NCBI GenBank assembly: GCA_964016885.1
Contig: OZ024742.1
Span: 177,072,001-177,136,000 of the forward strand
Origin: Eledone cirrhosa
Taxonomy: Eukaryota
Length of the DNA stretch: 64,000 bases
Reading direction: 5' to 3'
Position 1 is the first letter of the stretch, and each line of letters starts with the position of its first letter. The translations under genes were made by a program, and so were the position numbers. The notes beneath the pieces are model-generated. The model saw only the letters and a list, made by a program, of their open reading frames with translations. It ran no database searches and had not been told where the DNA came from. Shown piece by piece: positions 1 through 13,664 of this stretch.

Positions 1-874
1 TATCATTCAAAACTTTAGTATATTTACTGAAAGTCATGGATAGTTATATTAGTTTCAAAATCTTACTTCAAACTATCCTCGCATGACAGCATTGTGTGTA
101 GTGTATGAGTGGAATATGATGACGTAAAGCTTTATATATTTATTATTTCTATATTTTCTCAATGTACATGTCTGTATAGAGTGTGTAAGACATACTGTGA
201 AGGATTATAGTACTACTTATAATTATTAAAAAGAAACAAGAGAAAGACAGGGAGAGAAAAAGAAGAAATAAGATGACAGAATAAATATCAATAAGAATAA
301 GGGGAAATCAAGGAAAGTGATAAAGCATTTAAATGTTTGTTGAATACTTTCGTAATCCCGCAAAACTAAGTGGCTTTTTAAATATCAGCCTCAAGAGGTC
401 TTTTTCCACAGAAAGTTTGTTCTGTTCTATGAAATAGCAGCTGCAAAAATAGACAGATATATATTGTATATTTTCTATGTAGTGTTTAGGCATTAAGAAT
501 AAACTACATTAATAATTTCAAAATTAAAATGATTTCTTTAAACTACAAAGCACATACAAAATTTGTGAAGTGTCTAAATTTGGCTAGCATGTCGAAAAAG
601 GAAGGTGTAACATATATCTCAATCCCGGAGTCTCATTAGACCGTTGCTTATCTTAGCGCTGCGCAACTGAGACTATATGGCACCCTCAGAAGAAAACACC
701 AGTATATCACAGGTGTAAACCCTGATCTACAACTGATACTAATGTTTAGAACCACATGGAACAACATGAGATGAAGTTTTGTGATCAAGAACACAAAACA
801 ACAAAATTAGAATTCTAACATAGGGGATTGCATACATGTAATTATGGGGTTTATATCGAATAATGATAATAATC

Positions 875-1012
875 ATATTCGATTCGTTTGTAAGCAAACG
901 TCATCATTATGCTATGTTTTTTTTTTGTATGTCCATCGTCATCCGTTTGTTCAACAGTAGCATCGAAGGACATTCAACATGTTTCTTGATTATTTCCCTT
1001 CATCAGGAGTGT
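875..1012 (-). repeat. Dispersed repeat carrying a degenerate type-I hammerhead motif (972-1010), related to 43381-43858
   Basis: Minus strand reads actc-CTGATGA-agggaaataatcaa-GAAA-catg-TT-gaat. Stems I and II pair poorly. The neighbouring 'attcgattcgtttgtaagcaaac' recurs near 43674. Confidence 0.45.
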
Positions 1013-1245
1013 ATACTTCTCCAATACTCGTCTGAACAGTTGAGATTAAGAGAGAAGGAGGTTGATTTTGAACTTTATTTTGCGTATGGCTACACCCCAT
1101 CAGAATATCTCATTGGCGTCAATTGTTGAGCAGCGAGAAAAAATCCCCTAAACAACAATTCTATATAACTAAAACATATGCTCTACAGCTTGTATTGAAT
1201 CTCACTTTCTTCGTTCGTTCCCTGAAAGAAATACCTAAACATATA

Positions 1246-1345
1246 ATAATTGTTTCTACTTTAGGTACAAGGTCAGCAATTACCCAGTGCATTACTGGTA
1301 CTATATTTTATCGACCCCGTAAGGATGAAAGGCAAAGTTAACCTC
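1246..1345 (-). mobile_element. tRNA-derived SINE family A, 5'-truncated copy
   Basis: 'aattgtttctactttagg..caagg.cagcaattacccagtgcattactggtact..attttatcgaccccgtaaggatgaaaggcaaagt' recurs at 9243, 48537, 50713, 51852 and 62135. Confidence 0.8.
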
Positions 1346-1806
1346 ATATAATAATGTGTGCTTCAACGGAAAATGAAACCTGCACCATATAATCTCTTGG
1401 CTGCAGATCAATACTTTAGACAACACACGGTTTGATATTCCATTTACAATACAATATTAATTAATATAAGTTAACAGAAAGGTAGAGAAAGTATGATGTC
1501 TGGAATTATAGAATGAAATTACGCACCAAATTGAGAAAAGACAAAAACATATAACATCATCAAAACAGAGAGTATACTGACCTGCTTTCCCTACAAACTA
1601 CAATTCGTTAAGTATGATAAATTAAAAGCTATCAAACTGCGATAAAACATTCGAAGCATTACAAAAAAAGTTATTAGATTTTAATGGAAAATGTTTAGAA
1701 ACGTAATGAGAAAAATACAGAAATATTGTGCAAATGAGATTTTCGAGACAAATAATAGAAATCATTCCTGAAAACCTCGTTACACATGTGCACACGCATA
1801 CTTCAT

Positions 1807-1814
1807 AAACACAC

Positions 1815-1855
<41 letters not shown>

Positions 1856-1897
1856 CGCACACATACATATATATATATATATGTGTCTGTGTTCAGG

Positions 1898-1934
<37 letters not shown>

Positions 1935-1995
1935 ATTATAATATACTAGAAAAAAATTATAGATGTCATGACTGAGACATTGACAAACATGCGCC

Positions 1996-2071
<76 letters not shown>

Positions 2072-2191
2072 TATATATATAATACTAAAAAAAATATAGA
2101 TGTCATGTCTGAGAAATTGATAAACATTCGCCAACATATACATACATATACATATATATACATACGTTTGTGTGTGTGTGTGTGTGTGTGT
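1807..2191. repeat. (CA)n/(TA)n/(TG)n microsatellite cluster with a short local duplication
   Basis: Dinucleotide runs; 'tagatgtcatg.ctgaga.attga.aaacat.cgccaaca' occurs at about 1958 and 2096. Confidence 0.9.
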
Positions 2192-2749
2192 ACAAGCATG
2201 ATAGGAAGTGATTTAGACTTGACAACAGTTTATGTATATCCAAACATATACTAAATGATCATGGAAGTAAATATTTTTGTAGCCACACTATGAATTTTTA
2301 AAGCTGTGATTTCCTGACCAACAAAGTAAAAGCGCCCTGGCGGTACTGTTTCTGAGTTATTACCCATCGTCAAAGAGGCTTAATCCTCTTGGATACTAAG
2401 ATCATGTAATATTAAATCTGATATTTTTTATGTTTACGAACATCAACTGACGAAGCTTGTTAGCATACAGTCAAAAGCTGGTGGGCTCCTGTGCTTTAGG
2501 TTGATCTCCCTTGGTTGGTAATAATATAGCTGGAATAAATCACGACTTTTTACCCATTCATAACGAGGCTACAAAAATATATTTATATGAATATTTCGTA
2601 TATGATTCAATATACAACCCAAGTAGGGTCTTGATCACGGTATGTTCCAGCATCACTACTTCTCCTTTATTTAGAATCTATACCATTAAAGTAAATAGAA
2701 CATTAGAATGCTTGGTTAGAAGACAGAAATAAGTATCAAAAGGGTGGCT

Positions 2750-3755
2750 TTATAAACAACTCGAACGTCAGATTCATAAACCCTATGAAACATGAATTAG
2801 AACTAGTATGTTAGACAGTACATCCTTAGTCAATGGGGAAATAGTCAGCTAGTAAGTTATTGAATTAACACCATCAAACTTTAATAAAGCTAGGTTTACT
2901 AAGATTTCAAAAATGTAGTCAAAATATCAGCATGAGGTTACCTAACTTCTCTTCTAGCGAAGCTATTTTTGACAAGGCTACCCCCTATAAATAACACAAC
3001 TCTAAGTAACAACAGCTTCTCTAAGAAAATTCATTACTCTCCATATCAACACACTACATCTATCAAAAGGAAGTTCAGCCACTAGCCCATTTTCTGATTC
3101 TTACCACTATCCTCGCTCAACATTAAAAGTGATGTGGGTAAAAAATGTCTAGCACCTTTAGATTCACACTTCCCTGTTTATTACAACCACTATCAGATAT
3201 TTAATCGCAATACCATGCAATCCGCTTCTCTTATATTAAAATCATGAAATTCCGCATGACAATTAAACGCAAGCCCTTCACCCTCTTGATGCAGAAGGCC
3301 AACAATGCTAGTACACTTCACCATTCAGTTGCTCATGCAGAACGCCAACAAGGTAAGCACCCTTCACCATCTGCATACTAATGCAGAAGGCCAGCAATGC
3401 AACACTCCAGTGATGATATATAAAGGAGAAGTAACTCCAACAACCACCTTAAGAGACACCTGAACGTATGTAGATGTGTCAGAAAGCCTTTTGAAAAGTC
3501 GTTTCCTTAACCATGAGTCACTTTACACATCCAGAGAGGTGGCATGCTACTAAAATTGCGAAACACGAGTGTTACCTCAAAGAAAACGACACGGAATTCT
3601 CCATAAAATTAAGGATTGTGAGAAATTCTACACCCTATATTAACAGATCGAAAATATGTTATTTAAGTACAGAAAAGTCAAATATACTTTCACAACTGTT
3701 GCACACAACGCAGAAATTAATCTTTTTTCTGAAGAGATGGCCTAGCTCGGATTAG
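2750..3755 (+). pseudogene. Decayed Penelope-like (Naiad-type) element: post-RT region and GIY-YIG C-terminus
   Basis: Fragments ISMRLPNFSSSEAIFDKATP and HFTHPERWHATKIAKHECYLKENDTEFSIKLRIVRNSTPYINRSKICYL align by eye with the PLE ORF at 25695-26891. Many stops and frameshifts. Confidence 0.6.
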
Positions 3756-3764
3756 CATTCCATT

Positions 3765-4115
3765 TGACTCTATGATACGTGCCTATTCTCTGCACATAAG
3801 TAATCTCCATTTTCCTTTTTAGAATGCCAACCGATTCCACAGTCAAACTCACCGTGTTGTCTTCCTTTAGCCGGGACGAACAGGGAGTTTTATCGGCCTG
3901 GTGCCTAGCGAAATAGGTCATTTTGTGGACATATTTCAAGGGGCGGAAGACACGCACTTTCATTTTGAGCGAAGCTCTGCTTACCTTTTTCAGGTCTCCA
4001 TAGAAGAGAAAAATTAGGTTGGATAGGGAAGTGTTGCGTTTCAACCAGTTTCTTGAAAGATTGATGAGAGTGGCGCACTACCCGAGTGAATGGACTTGTT
4101 CAGAGTATGCGCTCG
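3765..4115 (+). mobile_element. Tx1/L1-like LINE ORF2 C-terminal fragment
   Basis: LAK*VILWTYFKGRKT...FFRSP*KRKIRLDREVLRFNQFLERLMRVA is homologous to ORF 42031-42255 and resembles Tx1-type ORF2 ends. Confidence 0.5.
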
Positions 4116-4209
4116 TAAATTGGAAGGAACGATTGGACGAGAGCATTTGTATTAGTGGTCACCGTGGCGTTTTGTGGGCTTCTTTACAAGTGGCACACAG
4201 AGGTTTTCT

Positions 4210-6211
4210 TCATATTATGCTACCAACTATAGGCCTATCACATGTCTGTCCGTAATGTGCAAATTGTTAACAAGCATTGTGTCTGAGAAAATCTACCATC
4301 ACCTCCACATAAATAACTTGTTACCGGATGAACAGAAAGGACATCGAAAGAATTCCCGTGGTACAAAAGACCAGTTATTTATTGATAAGATGGTAATGAC
4401 GAATTGCAAGAGGAGGCATACTGGTCTTGCCATGGGATGGATAGATTACAAAAAGGCATTCGACATGGTACCTCATTCTTGGATAACCCAAAGGTTACAG
4501 AGCTATCTGAAGTTGGTAGACAATATCAGACAGCTATTAAGTAAAAGTATGAAGTCCTGGGAAACAGAGATAACATGTGAATATCCTTGGGAGGCGTTAA
4601 GATCAAAAGAAGTTTCTTCCAGGGAGATAGTTTGTCCTCTTTGTAGTTTGTCCGTACCCTGATACTCCTGTCCGTCATATTGCGAAAAGTGTGAGCAAGA
4701 TACAAGCTGGGAAGAGGAGAGCTTACCATGAACCACCTCCTTTCCATGGACGATCTTAAACACTTTGGGAAGAGTGAGAAGGAGTTGGAATTATTTGTTG
4801 ACACTGTACGTATTTTCAGCAATGATATATGTAGGGTATTTTGTGTTAATAATTGTGTAGTCCTAGTGATAAAGAAGGGTAAATTGAGCAGAAGCAACGG
4901 AATCCAGGTACCAACAGGTGAGATGATAAAGGAAATTGACACTGAAGAGGGATAGAAATATTTAGGAGTTCTGGAGGCAGATGACATCAAGAACAAAAAA
5001 ATGAAGGAATTGATAAGATCTGAAGACATAAAGAGAGTAAGGAAATACTAAAGTCACATCTAAATAGTAGGAATGCTATAAGTGCAGTAAATTCCCGAGC
5101 TGTGTCTATTATTAGGTACAGTGCGGGAATTCTGAAATGGAATGTTGCTGAACAAAAAGAAATGGTTAGGAAGACTAGGAAGCTATTGACTATCTACAAC
5201 ATGTTCCACAAGAGGAGTGGTGTCGATAGATTCAACTTAGAGAGATCTGAAGGTGGGAGAGGTCTTATTAGCATAGAGGACTGTGTTCAGATGGAGAAAG
5301 AAGAGTCTGCACAAATATATGGCTGACAGTAGGGAGTCAATGCTCAAAATTGTACTGCAGGAGAAGACAATAGACCAGGGGATGTCCAAGGAGGAAATAA
5401 CAACAAGGCGGAAAAGCAACCTTCATGAACAATTCTTCATGTTTTAAGAGAACGGAATTCAGAGATCCACAGACATGGAACTGGTTAAAAAGAGGAGACC
5501 TTAAAAAAGCTACAGAAGGAATGCTAATGAGTGCGGAAGAGCAAGCCCCCAGTACGAAGTGGGTGAAACACCATATTGACAAGGAGGAGGCTAGCTCAAT
5601 GTGTAGGATCTATAGAGAGAGAGAGGAGCCTGTGGCTCACATTGTATCCGATAGTAAACACCTAGCCCAGACTCACTATAAAGACTGGAGACATGATATG
5701 ATAGGCAAGGTGATCCACTGGCATCTATGCAAAGTAAACAATTTACCACATTCTGAGAGGTAGTATTAGCATAAGCCAGAGTTGGTGATAGATAACAATC
5801 AGATGAAGGTGTTATGGGATTTTAGGATAGAAACAGACAAGAAATTAGAACACAATAGGCCTGACCTGGTGGTTTTGGACAAGGAAAAAAGATCGTGCCT
5901 GATTGTGGATGTAGCCTGCCCATTTAACACGAGAGTGCAAGAAAAGGAGAGGGAGAACATTAACCGATACCAGGATTTAAAGTGGGAGTTAAAAATGATT
6001 TGGAACTGCCATGAGATCAAGGTCATCCCGATTGACATAGGCGCACAATTACTATCTCAAAGAGTTTCCAAGGATGATTAAAGAAGATTAGTCCAGCCCC
6101 GTTTTTTGGAGCACTTCAAAAGGCATGCTTGCTGGGAACAGCAAGAACCCTCTGATACGTCCTGAATGTCTGAGGCTGCAGGTAGCGGTAAAATAACATG
6201 AATGACTCAAA

Positions 6212-6212
<1 letters not shown>
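4210..6212 (+). mobile_element. R4/Dong-clade non-LTR retrotransposon (RT + CCHC + RLE), 5'-truncated and frameshifted
   Basis: [30 protein letters not shown], decayed zinc knuckle CRIY...HIVS, RLE motif RPDLVV...IVDVACP; ends in (TAA)n. Confidence 0.9.

Positions 6213-6264
<52 letters not shown>
6213..6264. repeat. (TAA)n microsatellite between two Dong copies
   Basis: Perfect TAA run. Confidence 0.95.
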
Positions 6265-6267
<3 letters not shown>

Positions 6268-6823
6268 TGCAAAGTAAACAATCTACCACATTCTGAGAAA
6301 TGGTATGAGCATAGGCCAGAGGCGGTGATGGAGAACAGTCAGGTGAAGGTGCTGTGGGATTTTAGGATACAGACGGACAAAAAACTGGAACACAATAGAC
6401 CTGACCTGGTGGTTGTGGACAAAGAAAAAAGATCGTGCCTGATTGTGGATGTGGCCTGCCCGTTCGACACGAGAGTGCAAGAGAAGGAGAGGGAGAAAAT
6501 TAACCGATACCAGGACCTAAAGTGGGAGGTGAAAAGGATCTGGAACTGCCATGAAGTCAAAGTGATCCCGATTGTCATAGGCGCACTGGGGACTATCTCC
6601 AAAGGTTTCCAGGGATGGTTAAAGAAAATCGGCCCCTTCACGCTTTTTGGAACGCTTCAAAAGGCATGCTTGCTTGGAACAGCAAGAACCCTCCGATACG
6701 TCCTGAATATCTGAGGCTGCAGGTAGTGGCTTGATATTCAATCCAACGGACTTTCCAGTTAACCAACATCAATGACTGAGATTCAAGGAATAACAATAAC
6801 AATAATAATAATAATAATAATAA
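6265..6823 (+). mobile_element. R4/Dong 3' fragment with intact RLE domain, 3' UTR and (TAA)n end
   Basis: ORF to 6714: WDFRIQTDKKLEHNRPDLVVVD...DVACPFD...EKINRY...LQKACLLGTARTLR. Flanked by TAA tracts on both sides. Confidence 0.9.
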
Positions 6824-6824
6824 T

Positions 6825-7380
6825 GGTTTTTGTTTTTTTACATATTTAAAACAATTGTGATATAATAATTCTTGGTACAAATTAGACATAAGGCACCATC
6901 CCCACTCTTAGGAAGTGAGACACATAACACCCTGCCATATGGCTCAAATATTTGATTTTGTATTAGACATTTTATATTCAAAAAAGAAAATGGTTACAAA
7001 TGGAAGAAAACCCCTCTGTGTATACTAAATACAACAGCCACATAACGGCAAGTTCACCACCACCACCACCAATCCCAGCATAATAATAATTATTATTATT
7101 GTATCTCAAGTTTTCTCAAAATGCTTAGTTCAAATATTAAAGAAATATGTCAACATGTATGTTAAACATGGCTTCTACATAGCTACTGCTAAAACAAATA
7201 TCAAACAAACATAAGATATTGTAGTGGCTACAAAATCTAACTAGAGACAAACCAACAGCGGCAACAACGCCATCACTACAGTACCACTACCCCATCACCA
7301 CTGCCACCACTCCATCATTGCTACCTCCATCATTGCTACCTCCACTATTCCCCCACTACCTTCTGTTAAGTTAAGAAAAG
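6825..7380. repeat. Dispersed ~550-bp unclassified repeat, copy 1
   Basis: Colinear with 18737-19372, e.g. 'cattttatattcaaaaaagaaaatggtta' and 'tcaccaccaccaccac'. Confidence 0.75.
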
Positions 7381-7689
7381 TTGACATCAAATTTTCTGAG
7401 AGGGAGAGACAAGACTAGAAAGGAAGAAGCTACCAGAAGATATAAATAGACTAACTTAGTGACACTGTCAAAAGAAAATTGTGAACATCTGAACATTAAC
7501 AACTACAATAGCACTGAAGTTCCCCACCAACAATAGAACTCCCTACACCGGTATAGCCAACAACAACAGAGGCAACTTCAACAAAGGCCACATGTATATT
7601 ATATTAATAATTTCTTTATTAGCCACACAAGTGGAAGGCCTCATATTAAGGAACGACTCATAATAACAACCTTTTAAAAAAATATAAAA

Positions 7690-9110
7690 AACCCGTGACC
7701 AAGAAATACCGGGATGGCGACCCCTCTAGTCTTGGTTGACACTCGTCCATGGAGTGGTAACTCGAAATGATTACACCTTGGCGGTTAAGGATAAAACGCA
7801 ACAAAATAAATCCAATGTCAAATGATGAAAACTCATACCGGATCGGCCGTCACCCGAATCAAAAGAGGCCGCGTCCCTGAGAGGAACCAGATTGGGGTCG
7901 AAAAATCAGCTATTGGTTCAAACTTCCCCATCATTGCGAAGCTGGAGAGCTCCCATAACCGGAATACTCCTGCTGATGGCCCTCCATGCTCACCACCAAG
8001 AAATCCAAAGAAAAAGAGAGAAAAAATGGTCAAGGGAAGCCAATAAAGATGTCCTTTACGTTTTCTACACTGCCATCAAACAGATCGAATACAGAACAGG
8101 CATATATCAACTGGAAAAAGAAACATCCTGAAAACAGAGACTATACATTGACAGTAACAAACTAGCTAATATACGAAGAAACATTGTTAAGAAGTTACTA
8201 ACAGACATAGAAGTTGATCAGATCAAGCAATTAGCACAAAGTCAGCGAAGGGAAAATGAAACATGTGTCAGTGAAAATGAAGTAAATTGTAACACCTTAA
8301 ATCCCATGGTCGGAGCGGAATCACTGATAGCAGAACAAATTAAAGAAATGATCGAAAAAGTGGAAGGAGTGCATGCTCAAGATGAAACTCAAAATGAAAA
8401 CAATGGGATCAGCAATGATAAAGAAATGAATGTGAATGAACTGGCCAACTTGAAGGATGAAATTATGATCGAATGGATGAAAATGAAAGAATCTGACATG
8501 GGGGAACGAGACACTCTCCCTAAGATCCAGAACTCCAAACAAAACCAAAGGACAATACGTAAGACTAACACAACTCTCAAAGACATTATCATCACAAATA
8601 GACTAAACATTACTAATCTAAATCAACCCTAATATGCGTCGGCTAACGTCACCACTCACTTATGTGGAGTGAAAATGAAAAAACAAAGGAATGCCCGCAT
8701 TAAAATGTAGTTGGTAAGAGAACATCAATCACCAAATAAACATTCTCTGATCTGACATAGAAATTTTAGTGATATAGTTTGTAAAACAAACTGAACTCAG
8801 AAAATAAAATTGAAAAAGAAATACAATATAAAATCAACAAGTGACATAGACATGATGATGGAAACAATCAAGCAAAAAGTGTCGGCCAAAGCTGCTCGTA
8901 TAAGGCGCTTTGAAAAACGCTCTAGATTCTATAGGTACAATATTATGTTCAAAAACAACCAAAAAAACTTCTACAGAAACATTTGCAAGTCAACAATAAC
9001 TGCTAAATTAATACCACCCAAGAAGGATGTGCAAGAATTCTGGGAAAAGTTCTGGGCGGAAGAAAAAGTTTATAATATACATGCCGCGTGGATAGACAGA
9101 CGAATGAAAG
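7690..9110 (+). mobile_element. R4/Dong element 5' portion (putative 5' UTR and N-terminal ORF, disrupted)
   Basis: KKKREKWSREANKDVLYVFY, NKLANIRRNIVKK.LTDIEVDQIK and KQKVSAKAARIRRF...FKNNQKNFY...FWEKFWAEE match the R4-clade N-terminal region. Cut off by a SINE piece at about 9110. Confidence 0.75.
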
Positions 9111-9242
9111 ATGAAAGGCAAATATTTGAACTCACACCGTAAAGGGGCGTAACTCTGTATTGTAACGTATGGCTTCCGACCCTCTACAGGTATGCCAATC
9201 CACCTAATAAAAGGTGTGAATGAGGATAATAAGAGCAACATT

Positions 9243-9346
9243 AATAATTGTTTCTACTTTAGGCACAAGGCCAGCAATTACCCAGTGCATTACTGGTACT
9301 TTATTTTATCGACCCCGTAAGGATGAAAGGCAAAGTCAACCTCGGC
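9243..9346 (-). mobile_element. SINE family A copy
   Basis: Near-identical to 50713-50819; a further fragment lies at 9108-9165. Confidence 0.8.
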
Positions 9347-10341
9347 TTTTTAGAGCAACATTAACTTTTAAGAGCAACATTAATAATAATACGTCGACGA
9401 CGTCGATTACGCCGTAAATAATGAAAACATGAAATTAATTCAAAGTATTTGTAGGAGAGACAAGTTTAAAAATAAAGAACTAAGAATTATATAACCCCGT
9501 GAAATATTAGTGAGAATGACAAAACTATTTTCGTATTTTTGCGGTTGGAATATAAATCATTCACAAACCGAGACAGAAATAGACTGTGACTAACCATTTA
9601 TGAGAAAATAAAATGATAACAAAATGGCATTAAAGATTACGTTGGAAATAACAATATTTTATATTTATATATTTATTTATTTATTGTTTAGCTGAAAAGA
9701 ATTTACAAATATTAACTTCTTGCTAAATGATCTATAACAACGATGTTTAGAAAGGTAATGTTTTGTTTTGACAGTTTGTCAAATCCTACCATTTGAGAGG
9801 AACATAAAATGGCGCCCGAGTTTATTTACAAAAATGCTATTTGTATTTTTGTTTTCATTCATTCATATCTATATGATGTATCGCTACTTATTTTAGTGAT
9901 ATAGTTTGTCACACTAACTGATAGCTTCTGTTGAAATAGTAGATATAAATGCAACAACAACTACTTACATATTTCGCAATAGGATTCGAATGTGTATTTA
10001 CTATTGATTAATCACTTACTAAGTTGAATGAATACCAACGGCAAAAAAGATAAATTTTATTGAAAAATAGAAGTAGGATTTTTCAAACATCACCTATCCT
10101 TTCCACCATTATCTATATTACTACAGCTTCGATATTATTATTTCCGCAGAATTAACGTTAATATCAAATTCTTCATTCGAAGGAAAAATAAGAATTAAAA
10201 ATATAAGAAAACGAAAGACTTACCGCCAGAAAATAATGCCAACTAATATTTATGACAGTGGTTAATGTGATGACAGATATTTGTTACTTGTTCCATAACA
10301 AACACACATTTTTGAAAGTGTTTTGTGCCAGATATAGACAC

Positions 10342-10364
10342 ACAGAAACACACACACGCGCACG

Positions 10365-10424
<60 letters not shown>

Positions 10425-10434
10425 CACACACACG

Positions 10435-10491
<57 letters not shown>

Positions 10492-10550
10492 ATAGATAGA
10501 TATATATGTAAGCATTTACAAATTTTTGTATATATATATATATATATATA
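10342..10550. repeat. (CA)n + (TA)n tract, left flank of PLE palindrome 1
   Basis: Dinucleotide runs. Confidence 0.9.
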
Positions 10551-10760
10551 AATATAGTATTAGTTATACTATTTATGGTTATGTAAACACAAAACCTTAA
10601 GCAGTTGTAAGTATTTTACACACACCCTAAATAGTGGTAGGCAGTAATGTATTACTACCTTATTACCAGTAAGTTAAGTAGCTCAATGTAAAAACATCAG
10701 ATGATTTACAGAGCAGTTATATGAAATATAAGAATCAAAGAACTGTTCAAAACATTATTG

Positions 10761-10808
10761 TGCTTACAGCTGTTTCCTCCAAACCGAGGTTTGGATTCTT
10801 CGGAGCAA
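10761..10808 (-). ncRNA. Type-I minimal hammerhead ribozyme motif (left arm)
   Basis: Reverse complement of 15689-15736. Confidence 0.75.
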
Positions 10809-12250
10809 TTTATTAATGCATGGACAGTTATATGACCTCCTTTTCAGCCGAGAGACATACCAATACATATTCAAACATTGATGCATATTCAAACATTGTG
10901 GGTCAACATTCATTACAGAATTTAGAGTGGCAGTACACACTTCGAGATTACATTTATATTAATAGGTACAATCAAAAATCAAAGATATAGGTTAAAGTAC
11001 AACATGAAGATAAGTGGTTATATAGTGCAAATGTTATATGTGTGGCACGCATGTGCGTCTTGTTTATATAGTGTGGCAGAGAGATATGTGTGGTAGAGGC
11101 ACTTAGGTAGGTAAATAAGAGTGTTAGGTTGGTAGATCTGGTGGCAAAGTCTTTATATGATTGATATAGTCTGTGTGTGGAGAAATATTATAAGCATTAA
11201 AGATAGTGCAAGCATTAAAAGTGTTATAAGTATTGGAGATGCACAGCGCAGGGATGTCAAGTAATTCATGTACTTCGGCATTTTCATGGTCAAGGGAGTG
11301 TATATTTCGATTATATGCCTTTCACATAATCCACGACAATCCAGTTAGAGATCGTAGTCTGGTGTTCTTTAGTTCGATACAGGAGGTTGTTACGTTTCGA
11401 GAAACGCCATTGAATACCGGAAGTGTGTGTGTGGCTAAGGGGAGTTAATGCATGCGGGGAGGTAACTCTGGGGTTTCTATATCTAGCCATTAAAATGTGT
11501 CCCAATATAGACCCTAAATTCTATGGTGAGGTGCACCTTCCAAGAGAGACTTTTAAAGCATAAGGTGTACTAACTATAGAGTAGTTTAACTAAATTATGC
11601 TGAAGGTGATCATATTATTATTAAGGTGGATTAACCCATCTTAAGGTGCTACAAATGGAAATTATAGATGATGAGCGAGGATTCTAAATTAATGATCTCT
11701 GTGGTTGTAGTCTGCTCATATGACCAGGCGCGGTGATTGCAGGATTGCTTCAGGACCCAATGATCTCTGGTAAGATCTGGGTCATCGCTTGCTACATTGG
11801 ATGTCGAAAGATACTCGTCCCCAGGCAGGCCAAAGGTCAATCCGCAGTCCTCGCGACCCCTCTCTGACCGTCAGATCATCCATATACGTACAACCCGCAC
11901 GGCAGTTGCATTGCATTCACTCACTGCGCTCAGCAGCCCGGTCCTACTGGTCAACAGCGCTACTCGATTAAATCATTTTACATCTGTCTAAGGAAGGTGT
12001 TTCCTCTGCCCAACACCATCCAACCGATCAATTCATGCTCAAATTACCCTTAGAGCGGTGTAGTGCCGTCCAAGTGGGTGGATGTTGTCACACCTGCCGT
12101 AGAGGTATAAATGGGTATTTTCCCTGCGAAGGGTTCCAGAGGGATGTCGTTGTTTGTGTTATAATGGATCAGCTAGTGTTGGGTATGTAGTATAGGGTGT
12201 GTCTCTGGTGTTTGATGCTAGATGTGGTGTTAGGTTCCAGTCCGACATTG

Positions 12251-12715
12251 CTATATATAGGGCTTAAAGTTTTGGAAGGAATGTCTGAGGCGGTGCTGGC
12301 AAGTTGCAAACACCTCAGATTTTTTGTTAAGTAGGTTACGGTTGGAGAAGATAATATTGTGTGTCTCTAGTATACAGAGGTTACAGAATTTATTAGGTGG
12401 TTTGTACGAGGTCGCGCTGCCTATCACTTCCCATTTGAGTGTGTATGGTTTATTTTTAGATTTTAGATAGTGTATGTAGCTAGAAAGTGAGGTGGAGTTG
12501 GCTAGGCTGTGCTTTTTGAACGAGTGGATGTGCGAGTTATATCTGATTTTGAAGCAGTTAGAAGTGGAGCCTACATAGGTTTCTGAAGAGTTATTAGTCG
12601 TGACTGTGCATGAGTATGTGACATCCTTGGTTAGGCATTTTTTATCTAAAGGGCAGGTTCTATTAGCTCTACAGTTACAATTATTCTGTGCGTTAGTCCG
12701 CTGGTTATAATGCAA
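12251..12715 (-). CDS. PLE GIY-YIG endonuclease domain (partial ORF, left arm)
   Basis: CNCRANRTCPLDKKCL, VTY...YVGSTSNCFKIRYNSH, CNLCILE, LLNKKSE, CQHR. Confidence 0.85.
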   Translation of the reverse strand: MHYNQRTNAQNNCNCRANRTCPLDKKCLTKDVTYSCTVTTNNSSETYVGSTSNCFKIRYNSHIHSFKKHSLANSTSLSSYIHYLKSKNKPYTLKWEVIGSATSYKPPNKFCNLCILETHNIIFSNRNLLNKKSEVFATCQHRLRHSFQNFKPYI

Positions 12716-13664
12716 TGCGGAAGTCTGTGTGGCGGATATAGGATTTTGGGTGTTCGGGTTGACAACCCTGGTGTTATTACTTATACTAGTGTTATTTCTA
12801 TTGTTACTGCCGTTGCTATTGTTGCTTGCTACAGTGGTATTTAGAGGGTTTGCATCCCGTTGTGATTTTGTTTGTTGGAAGTAAGAACTAATTTTACTAT
12901 TATTGCTGCTAGCTATGTGGTATGCTAAGTTAGGCGTCGTAGAGTATGAGATTTTAATGGTGTTTTTGTTTAAGAGGTTGTGGTACTTGTGTCCTAGAGG
13001 GAAGTTTTAGTAGTGAGAAGAAAGCCCTAGGTATGTTGGTGGAGACATTTAGGTTGAAAGGAGGGTTGAAATGTATTATTTCTTCTTCTATTTTTGCTTT
13101 TAGTGTTTGGTGTGTTGCTTCCTCCTAAGGCCTCACAGTAGTTTCCATGGTAATGGTTACTTCCGGTGGCACCCTCCGCTTTGGTGTTCTTGTGGTTGCT
13201 ATTCCTATTATTAGATTTCCTCATGGACATGTTGTGCGAGATGATGTTGTAGCTATGTGTTTTCTTAGGTAGGAACTCAATTTCTATAATAGGAATAGCA
13301 ACCACAAGAACACCAAAGCGGAGGGTGCCACCGGAAGTAACCATTACCATGGAAACTACTGTGAGGCCTTAGGAGGAAGCAACACACCAAACACTAAAAG
13401 CAAAAATAGAAGAAGAAATAATACATTTCAACCCTCCTTTCAACCTAAATGTCTCCACCAACATACCTAGGGCTTTCTTCTCACTACTAAAACTTCCCTC
13501 TAGGACACAAGTACCACAACCTCTTAAACAAAAACACCATTAAAATCTCATACTCTACGACGCCTAACTTAGCATACCACATAGCTAGCAGCAATAATAG
13601 TAAAATTAGTTCTTACTTCCAACAAACAAAATCACAACGGGATGCAAACCCTCTAAATACCACT

